Assembly (NCBI RefSeq): GCF_020745735.1
Contig: NC_083433.1
Span: 2,677,363 to 2,741,362, forward strand
Origin: Hemiscyllium ocellatum
Lineage: Eukaryota
Direction: 5' to 3'
DNA length: 64,000 bases
In this document: piece by piece, positions 23,148 through 36,034 of the stretch
Numbering within the stretch: the stretch's first letter is position 1
Layout: each line of letters opens with the position of its first letter
Position numbers and translations under genes: made by a program
Notes under the pieces: model-generated
The model's input: only the letters and a program-made list of their open reading frames with translations
Databases searched by the model: none
What the model was told of the DNA's origin: nothing

Positions 23148-26100
23148 ATCATTGATAGAGGATGAGAAGGTGAGAGGTTATAGTTTTAAGATAAGGGGCA
23201 GTGGAATTCACAGCCCCTGACTCATAGATACTGAGATATTGAGCATATTTTAGGAAGTGATGAGAGATTTTTTAAAAAATTAGTAACAGGTTGAAAGATT
23301 GTAGAGAGCAGACAGAAAATTGGCACTGAGATGAGATCAGCCATGCTTGTATTAAATAGCAGAGCAGGCTTGAGGGGTTGAGTGACCTATTCCTGCTTCT
23401 TATCTTTTGCCTTGTTAAAGGGGATCCAAGAAAAAATGCAGTCACTCAGAGGGTGACGAGTCTGGAATTCACGGTCTGCTGTGGTATCTGTGGCAGTGAC
23501 CCTCACTTCATTGAAAAATGAACCTGCATCTGACCAGAGGCACAGGAAGCTCCAAGGCTCCAGACCAGATACTGGGAGTTAGAATTAGAGTTAGAATTTT
23601 GTGGGGAGAGATGGGGGGGCTACTGTTTTCTTCAGCCAGCACAACTATGATGGGCAGAATGGTCTTTTCCTGTTCTGTAACTTTCCTTTGGCTCAATTTT
23701 TTGTGGCACCTAGAAACCCCAGGAAAGCTAACAGCAGAAAGAGGCCAAGCCATTCAGTCTCATCGCTCAGACCATGGCCCTGCAGATTACAGCATCTCCC
23801 TAAAACTTCATAACACGTGGAGGGGTTCTGCCTTCACCAACTTTCCAGTCAGTAAAGTTCCAGGCACCAAACAGCTGCAGGGTGAAACAATCCGTCCTCA
23901 TCTCTTGGTGTTATTTTAAATGTTTCCAGTAATAACCTGTGAGATCATCAAATCTATTGAGCAATTCTGGTGTCATCATCTCTGAAGGATATCAGAAGTT
24001 TCCATCTCTGTCCGTCCACCCATTGTATCTATCATCCCAGTTTTCCTCCACTTCCCTCTCCTGCCTTTTCCCTCAAGCTTCCCCATCAATAAACTGCCTT
24101 TACCATCTGTTCCAAGGAGGCAGCTGAAGCATTACATACACCTTTCTCAGATGTTCAGCTTCTCTTTTCTTTAGCCATTTCCAGCAACTCATTAGACACT
24201 CTGTGGACAAGAAACGTACTCTGATACATTCATAACTCAAATACTTTCAGTTTGTGAATGGACCCCTTGTGTATGCTGCTTAACAACATTATTTACCTCA
24301 TTGCCATCTCCCCATGACCAGAGACTTGTAGAATTGTAGCAAATAACTGGAGTCTGTTCACCCATTGAGCCCACTGCACCATTCACACGCACCACGGCTG
24401 AACATCTGACTCTGCACCATTTTTGCCATTGTCACACAGCCCCTGACGTCTTAGTAGCTCAAAATCATCTGATTTCTGACTTGGATCTGCTCAATAATTG
24501 AGCTTGCACTGCCCTTTGAGGAAGGGAACATCTAAAATTCAGCATAGTAAAGAAATCTTTCATCTCAATCCAAAATGACCTACAACTTATTTCGAGATTG
24601 AAGGACACAGGAGAGAAGAGGGTATTAAACTTGAAAGGGTTCAGAAAGGATTTACAAGGATGTTGCCAGGGTTCAAGGGTTTGAACTACAGGGAGAGACT
24701 GGTTAGGCTGGGGCTATTTTCCCTGAAGCATTAGAGGCTGAGGTTTATAATATGAGGGCATTCATAGGGCAAACAATGTCTTTTCCCTGGGGTGGGGAAG
24801 CCCAGAACTAGAGGACATAGGTTTAAGGTGAGAGGGAGAAGATTTAAAAGGACTAAAGGGGCAATGTTTTCACACATAGGGTGGTGCTAGTATGGAATGA
24901 ACTGCTAGAGGAAGTGTTAGGATATAGAACAGTACAACCCAGTACAGGTTAGTCAGCCCTTGATGTTGTGCCAACGTTTTATCCTACTAAGATCAAACTA
25001 CCCTACATATCCTTTGTTTTATGATCATCCCACGTGCCTATCCGAGATTCGCTTAAATGTCCCTAATGTATCTGACTATACTATCACTGTTGGCAGTGCA
25101 TTCCACACACCCACCACTCTATGTAGAACTGACCTCTGACATCTCCCCTAATCCTTCCTCCAATTATAACATTCAACAGGCATCTGGATGGGTACATGAA
25201 TAGGAGGGGTACATATCCCAAATATAGAGGCAAATGGGACTAGATTTATTTCGGAAATCTAGCTGGCATGGATAAGTTAGACTGAAGGTCTTTTCCTGTG
25301 CTATAGATTTCTATGGCTGCTCCAACATTCAAGAATATCTTCACCAATCTTCTACATCAGCAACATTTTTCTACATCTCCTTCTAGTTTTAAATCAACAA
25401 TCCATCCAGTGTCCCCCCCCCCCCCCCCAATCCCCAAATGCGAACAAACCAACCAGGACACTGTCTCCAATTTCCATTTGAAGAATATTCTTGTCTTATT
25501 TAGCTTCCTCAAGTAACACAATCTGAGGCTGGTTTTAGGAACATGAACATTTATTATTTCAAATTCACAAAGCGTGATAGAAGTGCTGGGTGCCTGCATA
25601 CAATAATGCAAATTCATAAAACCATCGCAAGAACAGCAACAAAATCTCATCAACATACAATTTCCAAACACTAATCATCTTTACAAATAAAGTTACAAAG
25701 AAATCAGGGAATGAGTGTGCAGAGGGGAATCACAAGCTTCATTCAGAATTCATTAAACCCTCTGCATTCAAATATCAATCAATATGTTCAGAGATGGTCA
25801 CAATTCAGCTGCTTCATTTCTCTCTCCTGCAGGGACTCTATTGTTAAGAAAACATGACACGTACTGAGTAATTCCCAAACTTCCCCTTTCCTCCAACTGA
25901 TATTTCCAGTTGCTCCACCTCAAGGCTATTCATGTTGCCGAGTCGGTCACATCAGGAACCTTTGGAACATGTTGTGACCTCCCCCAAACCCCCTGACCTG
26001 ACTGTGCGGGTGTACACCAATGAAGACAGCACCTCGTATGATTCCCAGATCCCCAGCCCCCTCTACACTCATGAATTGATACTTTGTCAACATGTGCAGA

Positions 26101-27799
26101 CTTCAGACCGAGGTGAGCTCATTCAGAGAAGGATGGGAATCAAACCCAGGTTCTTCCCAATGTCTTCATTACAGACCTTCCCTAACCAGCTCCTCCAACA
26201 CTAGATTGCCTGTCTCACAAACCCCTAAAGTGTTTGAGGGAGAGTACTAACATTGTATTTGCGCAAGGGTGATAGAGGTTAGGAGAACAGAAAGTGATTG
26301 CCTTCCAATAAATGATGATCATTCTTCAATAGTCACATCAAATATAAACTGAGCCAAGTTGTTCTGAAGGTTGTCCTCAGTTTAAGGCCTCTCCAACTGT
26401 CAATAGCCCATAATATTCAAGTTTCTCCCCATGAACAATTTTCAACCATACTCCTGTTACCTGCACCTCCAGATTTTTTTCAAAATAATCATGTACTGAG
26501 AAGCAAGCTGGTTGATGTTCTTTTGTGGTTGTGTCAACAGTGCAGAAGCACCACAAAAACTCACTAAAATCATCAACCATTCAGCTGGCTGTACTATCCC
26601 AGAGAACTTCAGTACTGCCCCGATCAGCTGCAGGAAGGTTACTGGGGAAGTAATAGAGTCAATCTACAATCACCACTTTCCAATGGTCACCCTAAGACCA
26701 CCATCACCAGGTTTCAGACACACCATTACCCACATCCAATACCATTCCAAGGGGTCAAATCCCAAAACTACTCACTCCATCTACACCACGTGTCCATTAT
26801 TGAGGATGGCAAACTCAACAGAGGTGGGGAGCAGGGAAGAGTAAGAGGGAGGGACAGACACACTCACACATACATACAATGAGAAGCACTCCTCACAGCT
26901 GACATGGAATTGGGACCATTACAGCCCACTTTGATTACAGAGAAGTTTTTAATGGGTTTAAAAATATGTAAAAGCTGAGTATGTAGAAGCTCAATATTTC
27001 ACCATGATAGTATCAGTCCTCTCTCCTCTCCTTCCACATTATCACCTTTCCTACAATGTGTGGTTCTCCAAAACACTCACCACAAAGCATAAGCGTGAGG
27101 CCGTTGAATAAATAATGCCTACAATGTGACAGAAACACCCCAAAGAGTGAGAAACTGACAGCAGGTTTCACTGCCGCACACATGAAAAGACACTACTTCT
27201 GGGTTACATCCAAAGATCAGTCAGCTCTCTCGTTCTAGAAGCAAGTGCCAAGATAAAACACCCAGACCATGCCAGAAAGCTCTGTGAGCAGCAGCAACAC
27301 TATAGCCCTCCCCTCTCTCCTTCATTCCTCAACCCTATGGGAACAACCCAATAACAACATATTGGCTTGTACCTTCTACAAAAAAAAGGATTGCACAAAG
27401 GATTCCCAAAATGTTGCGAGTGCACCAGAAACCCCAGGATGAAAAGGAAACAAGCTCCACGTGGTCTCATCTCTGTTCCAATAGAGCCACAGCAGTAAAG
27501 CAGAGCAGCTCCTACTTCTCAAAACACAAGTGTCACAACTCGATTGTCAGTTTAATCAAGAGACACACAGATAAATGAGCATCTTTACTTGAGAATCCAC
27601 TAAAGGGTTGCATGCTCTAACAACACATGGGGTACAATCTAACACAGCAACACAAACAAGATATCCCTCCCCAGGCCAACTGACATAAGCACTCCATTTC
27701 CGTCATACACAAAGATTCCATAATTTTACATGTAACCCCAACCTGTCAGCAAGTTCCCCACCAAATCCCCATTCAGTATCTCCGCAATATGCGACCCAA

Positions 27800-28500
27800 T
27801 GGTCTCCAGTAAAAAAAAACCTTTCCTATTGCACCCTTCATCACCTCACAATACTTCAATACCCAATACAACCGACCAAGTCTCTTGGAAGTGCAGTCAC
27901 TGATGTAATTTAGAAAAAAGCGCCACAATTTTCTCACAGCAAGACCCACAAACTGCAAGATAACATTGACCAGTCACCCTGCCTTTGAGACAATTGTTGA
28001 GGGTAAGATATGAGGCATATGAGAACATCCTTAGTGCCTCTTCCAGATAATGAAGCAAATCTTTAATGTCCACTTGGGCAGACACATTTAAAGTCTCATC
28101 CTAAAAAAACAACCTCCAACAGCACCGCAATCCTTCAGCACTGACCCTCTGACAGCACAGCATTCCCTCAGCACTGACCCTCCGACAGCACGGCATTCCC
28201 TCAGCACTGACCCTCCGACAGCACGGCATTCCCTCAGCACTGACCTTCCAACAGCACGGCACTCCCTCAGCGATGACCCTCCTAAAGTGCAACATACCCT
28301 AATGACACTCTGACAGTGCAACACTCACCCCTTACTCACCCTCCATCAGTGCAATATTTTCCCAATAGTGACCCTCCGACAGTGCGGCGCTCCCTCAGCA
28401 CTGACCCTCCGACAGTGCGGCACTCCCTCAGCACTGTTGTTCTGATCTGCAATTTTGAACCCTTGACCTTCTCATTGTGGAACGGAGTGCAGTTATTGGG
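27800..28500 (-). mobile_element. Deu-domain-like SINE with an internal 33-bp tandem expansion (other copies ~8640-9050 -, 11530-11700 +, 30860-31330 -, 38170-38450 -, 39590-39770 +, 41780-41980 -, 56880-57310 -, 61820-61990 -)
   Basis: On minus: a tRNA-like head (GGGTTCAAA), GAGGGAGTGC.GCACTGTCGGAGG units, then GATGAGAC..TAAA..GTCTGCCC..GTGGAC.T.AAAGAT.. and a tail ending GGTGCTATA.AAA. From memory this resembles the Deu domain of SacSINE1/AmnSINE1. Confidence 0.65.
28110..28436. repeat. 33-bp minisatellite, degenerate array
   Basis: Same unit family with a decayed middle. Confidence 0.9.
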
Positions 28501-29332
28501 CCAAACCCAGGCCCTAAAAATAACTGTTGTAATTTCTAAACCAGACAGGCTACTGTTATGACTCTCATAAGTTCAGGGATATCTTTACTGAAGACAAAAC
28601 CACTTCATTCAGTGTGTTCTGACGGCAGCTAGCTCTCCCCGGTCAGCAAGTCAGGCTTGCGTTCTGCCCTTATTGATGGTCAACCTTTCCATTTGGAAAA
28701 GGAAGCCTGGGTTGCACCAATATGAAACTGCCATCTCAGTCCATGGACAGGGACAACACGGATCCAGTAAAAGGCTGTTCTAAGCCTATTCTGGAGACAG
28801 TGCATAGGAACATACAAATTAGGATCTGTATCACCTCTTAGATCCTTAAACCTGGTTTATCAGCAAGATCATGGCTAATCTGATTACTCAACAACTCCCA
28901 CCAAGCCTTCTTTCACCTCCTCGCTTATCCAGAATCGACCTCAGTCTCAAACACATTCAAAGATATTGTGTCCAGTGCATTTTTAACAAGAGTTCCAAAG
29001 ACTCACCACCCTCAGAAGTTCTTTTTAGTTCATCTCTGTCTTAAATGGGCAGCCCTTCACTTTTAAGTAATAGTCTCTGGTTTTAAATTCTCCCATTAAG
29101 AGGAAATATCTTTGCCACATCCACCAGATGAAGACTGGTCAGCCTCTCACAGGTTCCCACTACGTTACCTGTTCTACACTCCAGCTGATTTAATCCAACC
29201 TCTCCTCAGAAGACAATCCATCCATTCCAGCTATTACTGTGGTGCTGGAAACGCACAACAGGTCAGGCAACATCCTTCTGGCTGTGGTTTTCCAGCACCA
29301 CACTTTTTGACTATAATCTCCAATACCATATA

Positions 29333-29474
29333 CAGAGCAATCTCGATTATCCAAATATCAGCAATGTCACAATGCTCAGCTAAACTATGCTATCCAGTAT
29401 TTGATTATCCGGAATTTGATCAACTGAATGAAATACTCAATGCCCCTGTCCTTCAGATAATGAAGGTTCTTCCA
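29333..29474. mobile_element. Possible pogo/Tigger-like MITE
   Basis: TA|CAGAGCAATCTCGATTATCC ... GATAATGAAGGTTCTTCCA|TA: degenerate terminal inverted repeats with TA flanks. Confidence 0.4.
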
Positions 29475-30206
29475 TACAGATGCTGACTCACCACCGTCCC
29501 ACACAAATGAAGCAGACCTTCGCTGGCACTGACAAAAATTCAACTGAGGACACCAAGTCCATCTGATTCTAGGCTCCAACATTTACATTTCACTCGGATG
29601 AAGCAGATCCAGTTCTCAACTCATGGCTTGGTCAGTTGTTGCTAACAGCATTAAACACGAGGGACTCCTATTTCTTATCGAAACCCTTACCTGTTTGAGG
29701 GGAGCCAGAGTGGCAAAGTTGCCACTGTGACCTTACTGAGTAGTTAAACATAGGTCTGAAGGGCTGACTGACCAACCCCTCCGCCTGTTTATTACTCAGA
29801 AGTTGAAACAGTGCAGCTGTCCCTAAGTTGTAAATGCTAACAAATTACTTGCAGGTTTTGGTGGTGGTTTAATTTTTAAAAATTGTTTGTGGAGGAAGGA
29901 AGCTGCTGAGAGCGAACACCGATGGTAGTAATCCGCACATGGAGCCTCCTGCCAACAGAGACCTGCTTGAAATCTCCCAACCCTAAGTTCAATATTCAAA
30001 AACAAAATGTACATTTTAATCAGTGGTTCAATCACTCCTCTGTAACTCACTCTGGTGCACAGCCTCAGCAAGTGTTTAAACGTAGACTAGTTCCCAAAAT
30101 TACAAAAAGGAGTAGCAGTTTTAAAGTATTAACATTTGCTCATGGAGTCACAATAACACAGGAGGAGGCCCTTCAGCCAATTAAGTCCATACTGACTCTC
30201 TACAGC

Positions 30207-30290
30207 TGAAGAGCTTATGCTCGAAACATTGACTCTCGCTCCTCGGAAGCTGCCTGATGGGCTGTGCTTTTCCAGCACCACACTCCTGAC
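30207..30290 (+). mobile_element. Degenerate family A mini-element (others at ~29258-29315 and, more diverged, ~40950-41068)
   Basis: CTGAAGAGCTTATGCTCGAAACATTG...GCTGCCTGA...TTTTCCAGCACCACACT, flanked by an imperfect TGACTCT(CT)ACAG repeat. Confidence 0.65.
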
Positions 30291-30979
30291 TCTACAGTAA
30301 CCCAGTGCCTGGCCTTTGTCCAATGAAGGGGCAGGGCAAGTTACTGAACATTCCACTTTGGGCAGTTTCTTCAGAACCATGTGCACTCTCAGGAATTCTG
30401 CTCCGTGAGGCAGGCACCTTCTTAGCTTAATGTCAGCATGATCCCAGGGACGGTCAGGCTGCTCTCTCATTAGAAAGAGATGTCTGGTCATGGTTTAACC
30501 CAAGGGTCAACAGGCCTCAAGCAATGGGAGAGGTTGACGACTGTTGTATATGGCAACCTTAACTCCAAGTGTAACACTCCCATCAATCACTTGGAGAACA
30601 AGCCTCAAGAACCAGCAGATCCCAGGAATCACTGCAAGATGTAAAACCACAAACCTGCAGATACAGAAATGACCAATTCTTATCAGGGACAAATGGTCAC
30701 CATGCAGAATTTAGAAATATACAACACCTTGGATGACATCCAGATACCCTGAAGCACTGTAGGAGCATTGGACTAGTTGAAATATAGATGTTGTTGAAAT
30801 GTAGCAGCATATCAGAAACAATGAGCTAATGACCAGATCATCCAATGTTTTTTTAAAGGAGACATTAACTGAGGGGGAAATGGGGGAAGAACTACTTTGC
30901 TCTTCAGGCAAGTGGCAATGAATCTATCCACTCTATCTGAGGAGCATGCAGGGCCTGGGTTTAACATTTCACAAAAATG

Positions 30980-31324
30980 GACCCTCCGACAGTGCGGCGC
31001 TCCCTCAGCACTGACCCCACGACAGTGCGGCGCTCCCTCAGCACTGACCCTCCGACAGTGCGGCGCTCCCTCAGCACTGACCCCACGACAGTGCGGCGCT
31101 CCCTCAGCACTGACCCCACGACAGTGCGGCGCTCCCTCAGCACTGACCCCACGACAGTGCGGCGCTCCCTCAGCACTGACCCCACGACAGTGCGGCGCTC
31201 CCTCAGCACTGACCCCACGACAGTGCGGCGCTCCCTCAGCACTGACCCCACGACAGTGCGGCGCTCCCTCAGCACTGACCCCACGACAGTGCGGCGCTCC
31301 CTCAGCACTGACCCCACGACAGTG
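30980..31324. repeat. 33-bp minisatellite, ~10.5 near-identical units
   Basis: Unit CAGCACTGACCC(C/T)(A/C)CGACAGTGCGGCGCTCCCT, head to tail with no spacers. Confidence 0.97.
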
Positions 31325-34300
31325 TCACAGTGAATTCGGTAAAATGCAGCTGGAGTACACAGTGCAGACGTACAGTGTGAGTGGGAGAGGCTAACAGCCA
31401 GCTCCCATGTACAATAAACATTTGTTGCAGCTGGGCAGGAATAGACCCTGTACACTCCTCCACATTCTCACCTTCGAGATGCTCGAGGTGTGCTCTAAGC
31501 TATGAAGACAAGGATTTCATGTTCTGCAGAGATTTCCTGATTTGATGCTGGATGCTGTATACAAACAGCAGAGCACCTACCTGAGCTGAACACGAAGAGA
31601 CGGAGACATTTCTGTTCGACTCCTTACACACATCACCCCAAAACCAACCCAACCAAGAGGCCTGCATGATGCTGTACCTCGAAGTGAGAGAGACAGCCTC
31701 TGACAGAACAAACTGAAGGAATGCAACTGAATAACCCACTATTTCTGTCGTAAAACAGAACACAGTCCCATTCCCTATTGGCCTTTTAGACACAAAAACC
31801 AGAAACACACTTAATACACGTTGGTCCCGTGAGATATATCTATATTCTTTGTTGCAAAAGTTAACTATTGACACCAGTGAGCCATGAAAGAAGATGTGTC
31901 CCTTTACAGCTCACAACAAAAATTCTCCACCCACTCAATCTTTCAGAAAACTGCTACTTTGACCTTTAACACCAACACTGTTTTTGGTGGAGATGGAGGC
32001 AAACGTTACAACTTTCCATTCAATCAGGATAGGAAGACGGACAGTTCGGAAAGAACTCCCACTAGAGGACAATAGGAAGCTCTTGTGCTCACAGAACATG
32101 GCTTCACCTTAAACAACATTTTTCATCGGTTAACCAGGGGATACCTGGGAAGGGAAACATGATGAGAGGGAGTCAGGACTGAACTGCAGTGTTAAATAAA
32201 GCTCCCAGCGCTCCTTCCATTACAGCTCTCATTCCAATGATGAGAGGAACCTCTCTCCCCATTACCATTCAGGGATGGTTTCAGCCGCTCTGCGAGCTAG
32301 TTTAGATGAAATTATCACTTTCTTTCTGGTCATAGGGTGTTTAAAGATGCCATTGGTATGGACGGTTGTCAGGAACTGGGACAGCTCAGAATCTATGCTT
32401 TCGAAACTGACCAGCTCTTGTCAGAAACTGGATAAACACACATTGACAGTCTCTCTGACCCCCAAGTACATTGACCTGGATCATAAAGAATATAAAGACT
32501 CAGAGATCAGAGGTGACCAACTGAGGTTTTCAATTTTACAGTCAGATGGAGGAGATGATTAAAGAGCTGTTGGCGAACTGGGTTGGAATGTCTCACAGTA
32601 GGTCATTGCCAGGTCTGGCTCCACTGCTGCCCATCATTCACCACAGGCAAATCAATCTGCTCCATTTATTGATAGTGGAGTCCACGCACACCCTTCTCCA
32701 GTTCCCACACCCCCCTGACTAGACTGCAGGCATCTCTGATCACCACAGCAAATCCAGGTGCTCCAATTAAATCCAACAGAAAAAGACAATCACAGACCAG
32801 CACAGCACCGGAGGCCATTCGGCCCATTCTGTCTGTCAGCCACAATACCATTCCCTATTCAGCCCCATTATCAAGCCTAAACCGACGATTGCGCTTCTGT
32901 CCAGAAAGAAGTCAGATCTTCATTTGACCCTTGACATTCCACAAACCACATCCCCCAATAAGCACTGCCCTCACTGACTCCCAGATGGAACTGGTCTTTG
33001 TGCTGTTTCCAAATGAAATGGCCCGTCCTCCAGTACCTAGCGCTCCTGGATGCTGTGAGGGGCTAACAGTTGGGGAGAAAATCCCTTGGCTGCATCAACC
33101 CCGGAGAAAGATCACGCCTGGTGTGAATGGCTGCAGCCAACACCTGGCTTCTTTCCACAGTTCCATCAAACTGTTGCCAGTCTTTATTCCCTCAAAATGA
33201 ACAGCCTATCCTCAAACATTCCATCTCTCAACAGGTGCTGTTCCAAGGAGCCAGTGAGTTGCAGGGAAGGTCAACATCTCAGTGCAGTCCCATCAGATGA
33301 GTTAATGCTGTACCATCCCTTCATTAGCTCGAGCGATACAAAGCAGTTTTCTTTAAATCCTGTTTTCAAAATGAATCTGACACACAGAACCCACCACGGC
33401 AGGTGAAACTGTCCCTGCCGAATGAAGAGCAAATCACATTCCTTCCAACTCTGTGCCACAACATGACAGGAGCCAGATTCTTATAACACATCAACATCGT
33501 ACAGGACACATTTCCAAATGGCTGCATTCTCAGTCAGACTCATTTTTCAATCTTCACGAAGAAAATACAAAGGGTGCTGGAGCCATCCAGTCACATGGGG
33601 AAATGTTTCTGTTCTGAGATATTCCCCCTGGCTCCCGTGGACTACTGCTGAATAATAGTGTTTAACGAAACCTGAACCCACGTATCCCAGGCACAGACAA
33701 ACTCTGGAAGCACATTGTGACACTGAAAGCTAACGTTTAATCTTCAAAATGATGAAGAACTGTCCGTTCCAGCTCCTGGACTTACCTGCAGTTAGTTACC
33801 ACCAGATTCAACCAGCTTCACCCTCCTCAACGTCCCTCCCAATCTGCCACTTCCTATTCACTCTCAAATTGTCTGCATTGTGCAACAGGAACAAACAGTA
33901 AAGATGAACTCGATCACATTGCCCTCTGGTAGTGGGTAACCTGCTATGGATGGGTTTAGCTCTTCAGTCTCCACTGCAGACCACCAGGGGAGGGTCAGTG
34001 GCTGTATGCAGCATAATAGCTGCACTGGGTGGGGGAATGGGTGCAGGATACCAACATTCCCAACCTGAACCCCAAGCACAGGATGCCAGTCTCCGTCACC
34101 CTCTTCCAGCAGTTAAAGGGTCTTTCTCTTGTAAGAGTTAGGGAGACATCTTCCACTGTATGTCGTTACCCAGTCATCAAATCAGACCCACCCCACCCCA
34201 ACCCTACAGGAATTCCACCAAAACAATCCATTCGACTCTATAATTCCCGCCCCAGACTAGCCCTAATCCCAAATTGCAAACAGCTATGTCTCTGTGCTAA

Positions 34301-34777
34301 ATCAGAGCTCTAACTAAGAAGTGCGTTCAGCTTTTTCTCATATAATAAAAGTTAATTTGTACTAAAAGTTTATCACGACCTTTCTTAAAAAAAAGTCGCT
34401 GGTTTCAGCCAGCTCAGTTGAGCTGAGCTTTGGAGATATCTCATAGGTTTAGTCTCCTCTCCATAAAGTGGCTGTTGACTGCTTCATATTACAAATAAAA
34501 ACATATCAAAACAGACGAAGCTGAAGAAGCAGAGGCGTATAGAAGGTGAAAGGCCCAAACTCTTCGCTGGGTTTCAGGCACCTTCCCCTTCTATGCCTGA
34601 TTTTCAGCGTTCGCAGTTTCTCTCTCTGCATCTCAAAGCTTTACGTTTAAATGATAATTAATAGTGTTGTGTAAAGGTCTTGATTGCAGCATGAAAACCA
34701 GGAACTAATATAAGAAACCCCGACAGCCCTGCCTCCAGATCCCCACGGTGAGCGGGAGCCAAGGTGAGCGACGGGGT

Positions 34778-34811
<34 letters not shown>
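34778..34811. repeat. Poly-G (34 nt), read as poly-C in the CBX6 3'UTR
   Basis: Seen directly. Confidence 0.95.
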
Positions 34812-34812
<1 letters not shown>

Positions 34813-35113
34813 CAGAGAGATGGGAGAATGAGGGACAGGGAAAGCAGGGGAGGGGGGTGGGGAGAGAGGGGCGCACACCTACAGCAAGGCATGACGTCAG
34901 GAAGTGACGCCATCTTTAAAAATAAACAATTGACACCGGCATTGAGAATGGTGCCTGTGACTGACTGTCAAATATCATCAGGAACACGGAGCCCCCGTCC
35001 GACAAAGGGAATGACCGCTGGAGGCAGGAATACTGGACTGACCAAGGCTGCCCCCTCCCCCTCCCTTACATAGAGGCCTCCATTCCCCACCCCCTCCCCC
35101 ACCTGCCATGGGG

Positions 35114-36034
35114 CTACTTATTCACAGATTTCACAAAGTTGTCGGCGTTGCAGAACTCTTTGATGGTGACGGTCAGGAGGTTGGTTGTCACGTCTGTCAC
35201 CACCACGTTGGAGCAGGGCGACATCTCCGGCCGCCAGTCTGACACGTCTCGCTCGGCATCTGAGCCCGCCCCGGTCTCCTGGCCCCCGGGAGGGGACCTC
35301 CTTCCTGCGGCCGACTCAGGGGGCAGCGAGAGGTCCAGGGCCTCCGCCTCTCGCCAGTCGGGAACTGTGGGGCTCGGGGTGTCACCTGGGAGCTTGGCCC
35401 CGCAATGACGCGCCTCCCCTGACCGCTGGCACTCGCTGCCCGGGGGCACTGGGTCGCTGGCGTAACAGGGGGCGCACGGAGGGGCAGGAAGGGGTTCAGG
35501 GCGAATGGCAGGACCTCGGAAACTTGGCTCCGAGCAAGAGGCGCCCGCGTCGCTCTCCATCCTCCTCCCATCCCCAACCGGTGTCCGGAAGGATTTGTCG
35601 TAGACGGAAAAGTTATTGAATTTCATGTGTCGGATCTGACTGCGGAGGATACTGTCGCTGAACTTCTTGCTCTTGCCAATGACGCGGTTACGAGACGGGA
35701 TCTTGGCTTTGCCCAACGTCTTGTTGCTCTTGTCGATCACCTTCAGGTTGAGGATGATCCGGCTGCGGTTCCGGTTGCGTTTCCGAGGCTCCACTTTGCG
35801 GTTGATGATCCGGACGGTCTCGGGAAGGGGCAGGGGGGACCGGTTCTGTCCGCTCAGGCCTGGCTGCGGCTCGGCGCGGCTCAGGTTCCGTTTTGACGTC
35901 CGGTAGCACCGGCGGATGTTCTTCTTCAGCTTGTAGGCGGCAATGCTGCTGGGGAGCTTGGCTGCTGACCCCGGGCCAGGCTTCATGGAAAAATGCATCT
36001 CCCCAATCCGCAAAGCTTCAGCCTGGGCACGGGC
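35114..36034 (-). CDS. CBX6: Chromobox 6, coding exon 5 (last); spliced protein 388 aa
   Basis: ctcccag|ARAQAEALRIGEMHF...ETVRIINRKV...RIILNLKVIDK...KIPSRNRVIGKSKKFS... then the Pc box DWRPEMSPCSNVVVTDVTTNLLTVTIKEF; stop TAG at 35116-35114. These blocks are CBX6-specific. Confidence 0.96.
   Translation of the reverse strand, partial: ARAQAEALRIGEMHFSMKPGPGSAAKLPSSIAAYKLKKNIRRCYRTSKRNLSRAEPQPGLSGQNRSPLPLPETVRIINRKVEPRKRNRNRSRIILNLKVIDKSNKTLGKAKIPSRNRVIGKSKKFSDSILRSQIRHMKFNNFSVYDKSFRTPVGDGRRMESDAGASCSEPSFRGPAIRPEPLPAPPCAPCYASDPVPPGSECQRSGEARHCGAKLPGDTPSPTVPDWREAEALDLSLPPESAAGRRSPPGGQETGAGSDAERDVSDWRPEMSPCSNVVVTDVTTNLLTVTIKEFCNADNFVKSVNK

Noticed and set aside
30897-31455. CRISPR-like array, or repeat-protein ORFs (also 28088-28561 and 56877-57358)
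   Set aside because: The units are contiguous 33-mers with no unique spacers and no cas genes, in a vertebrate context. The frames stay open only because 33 is a multiple of 3.
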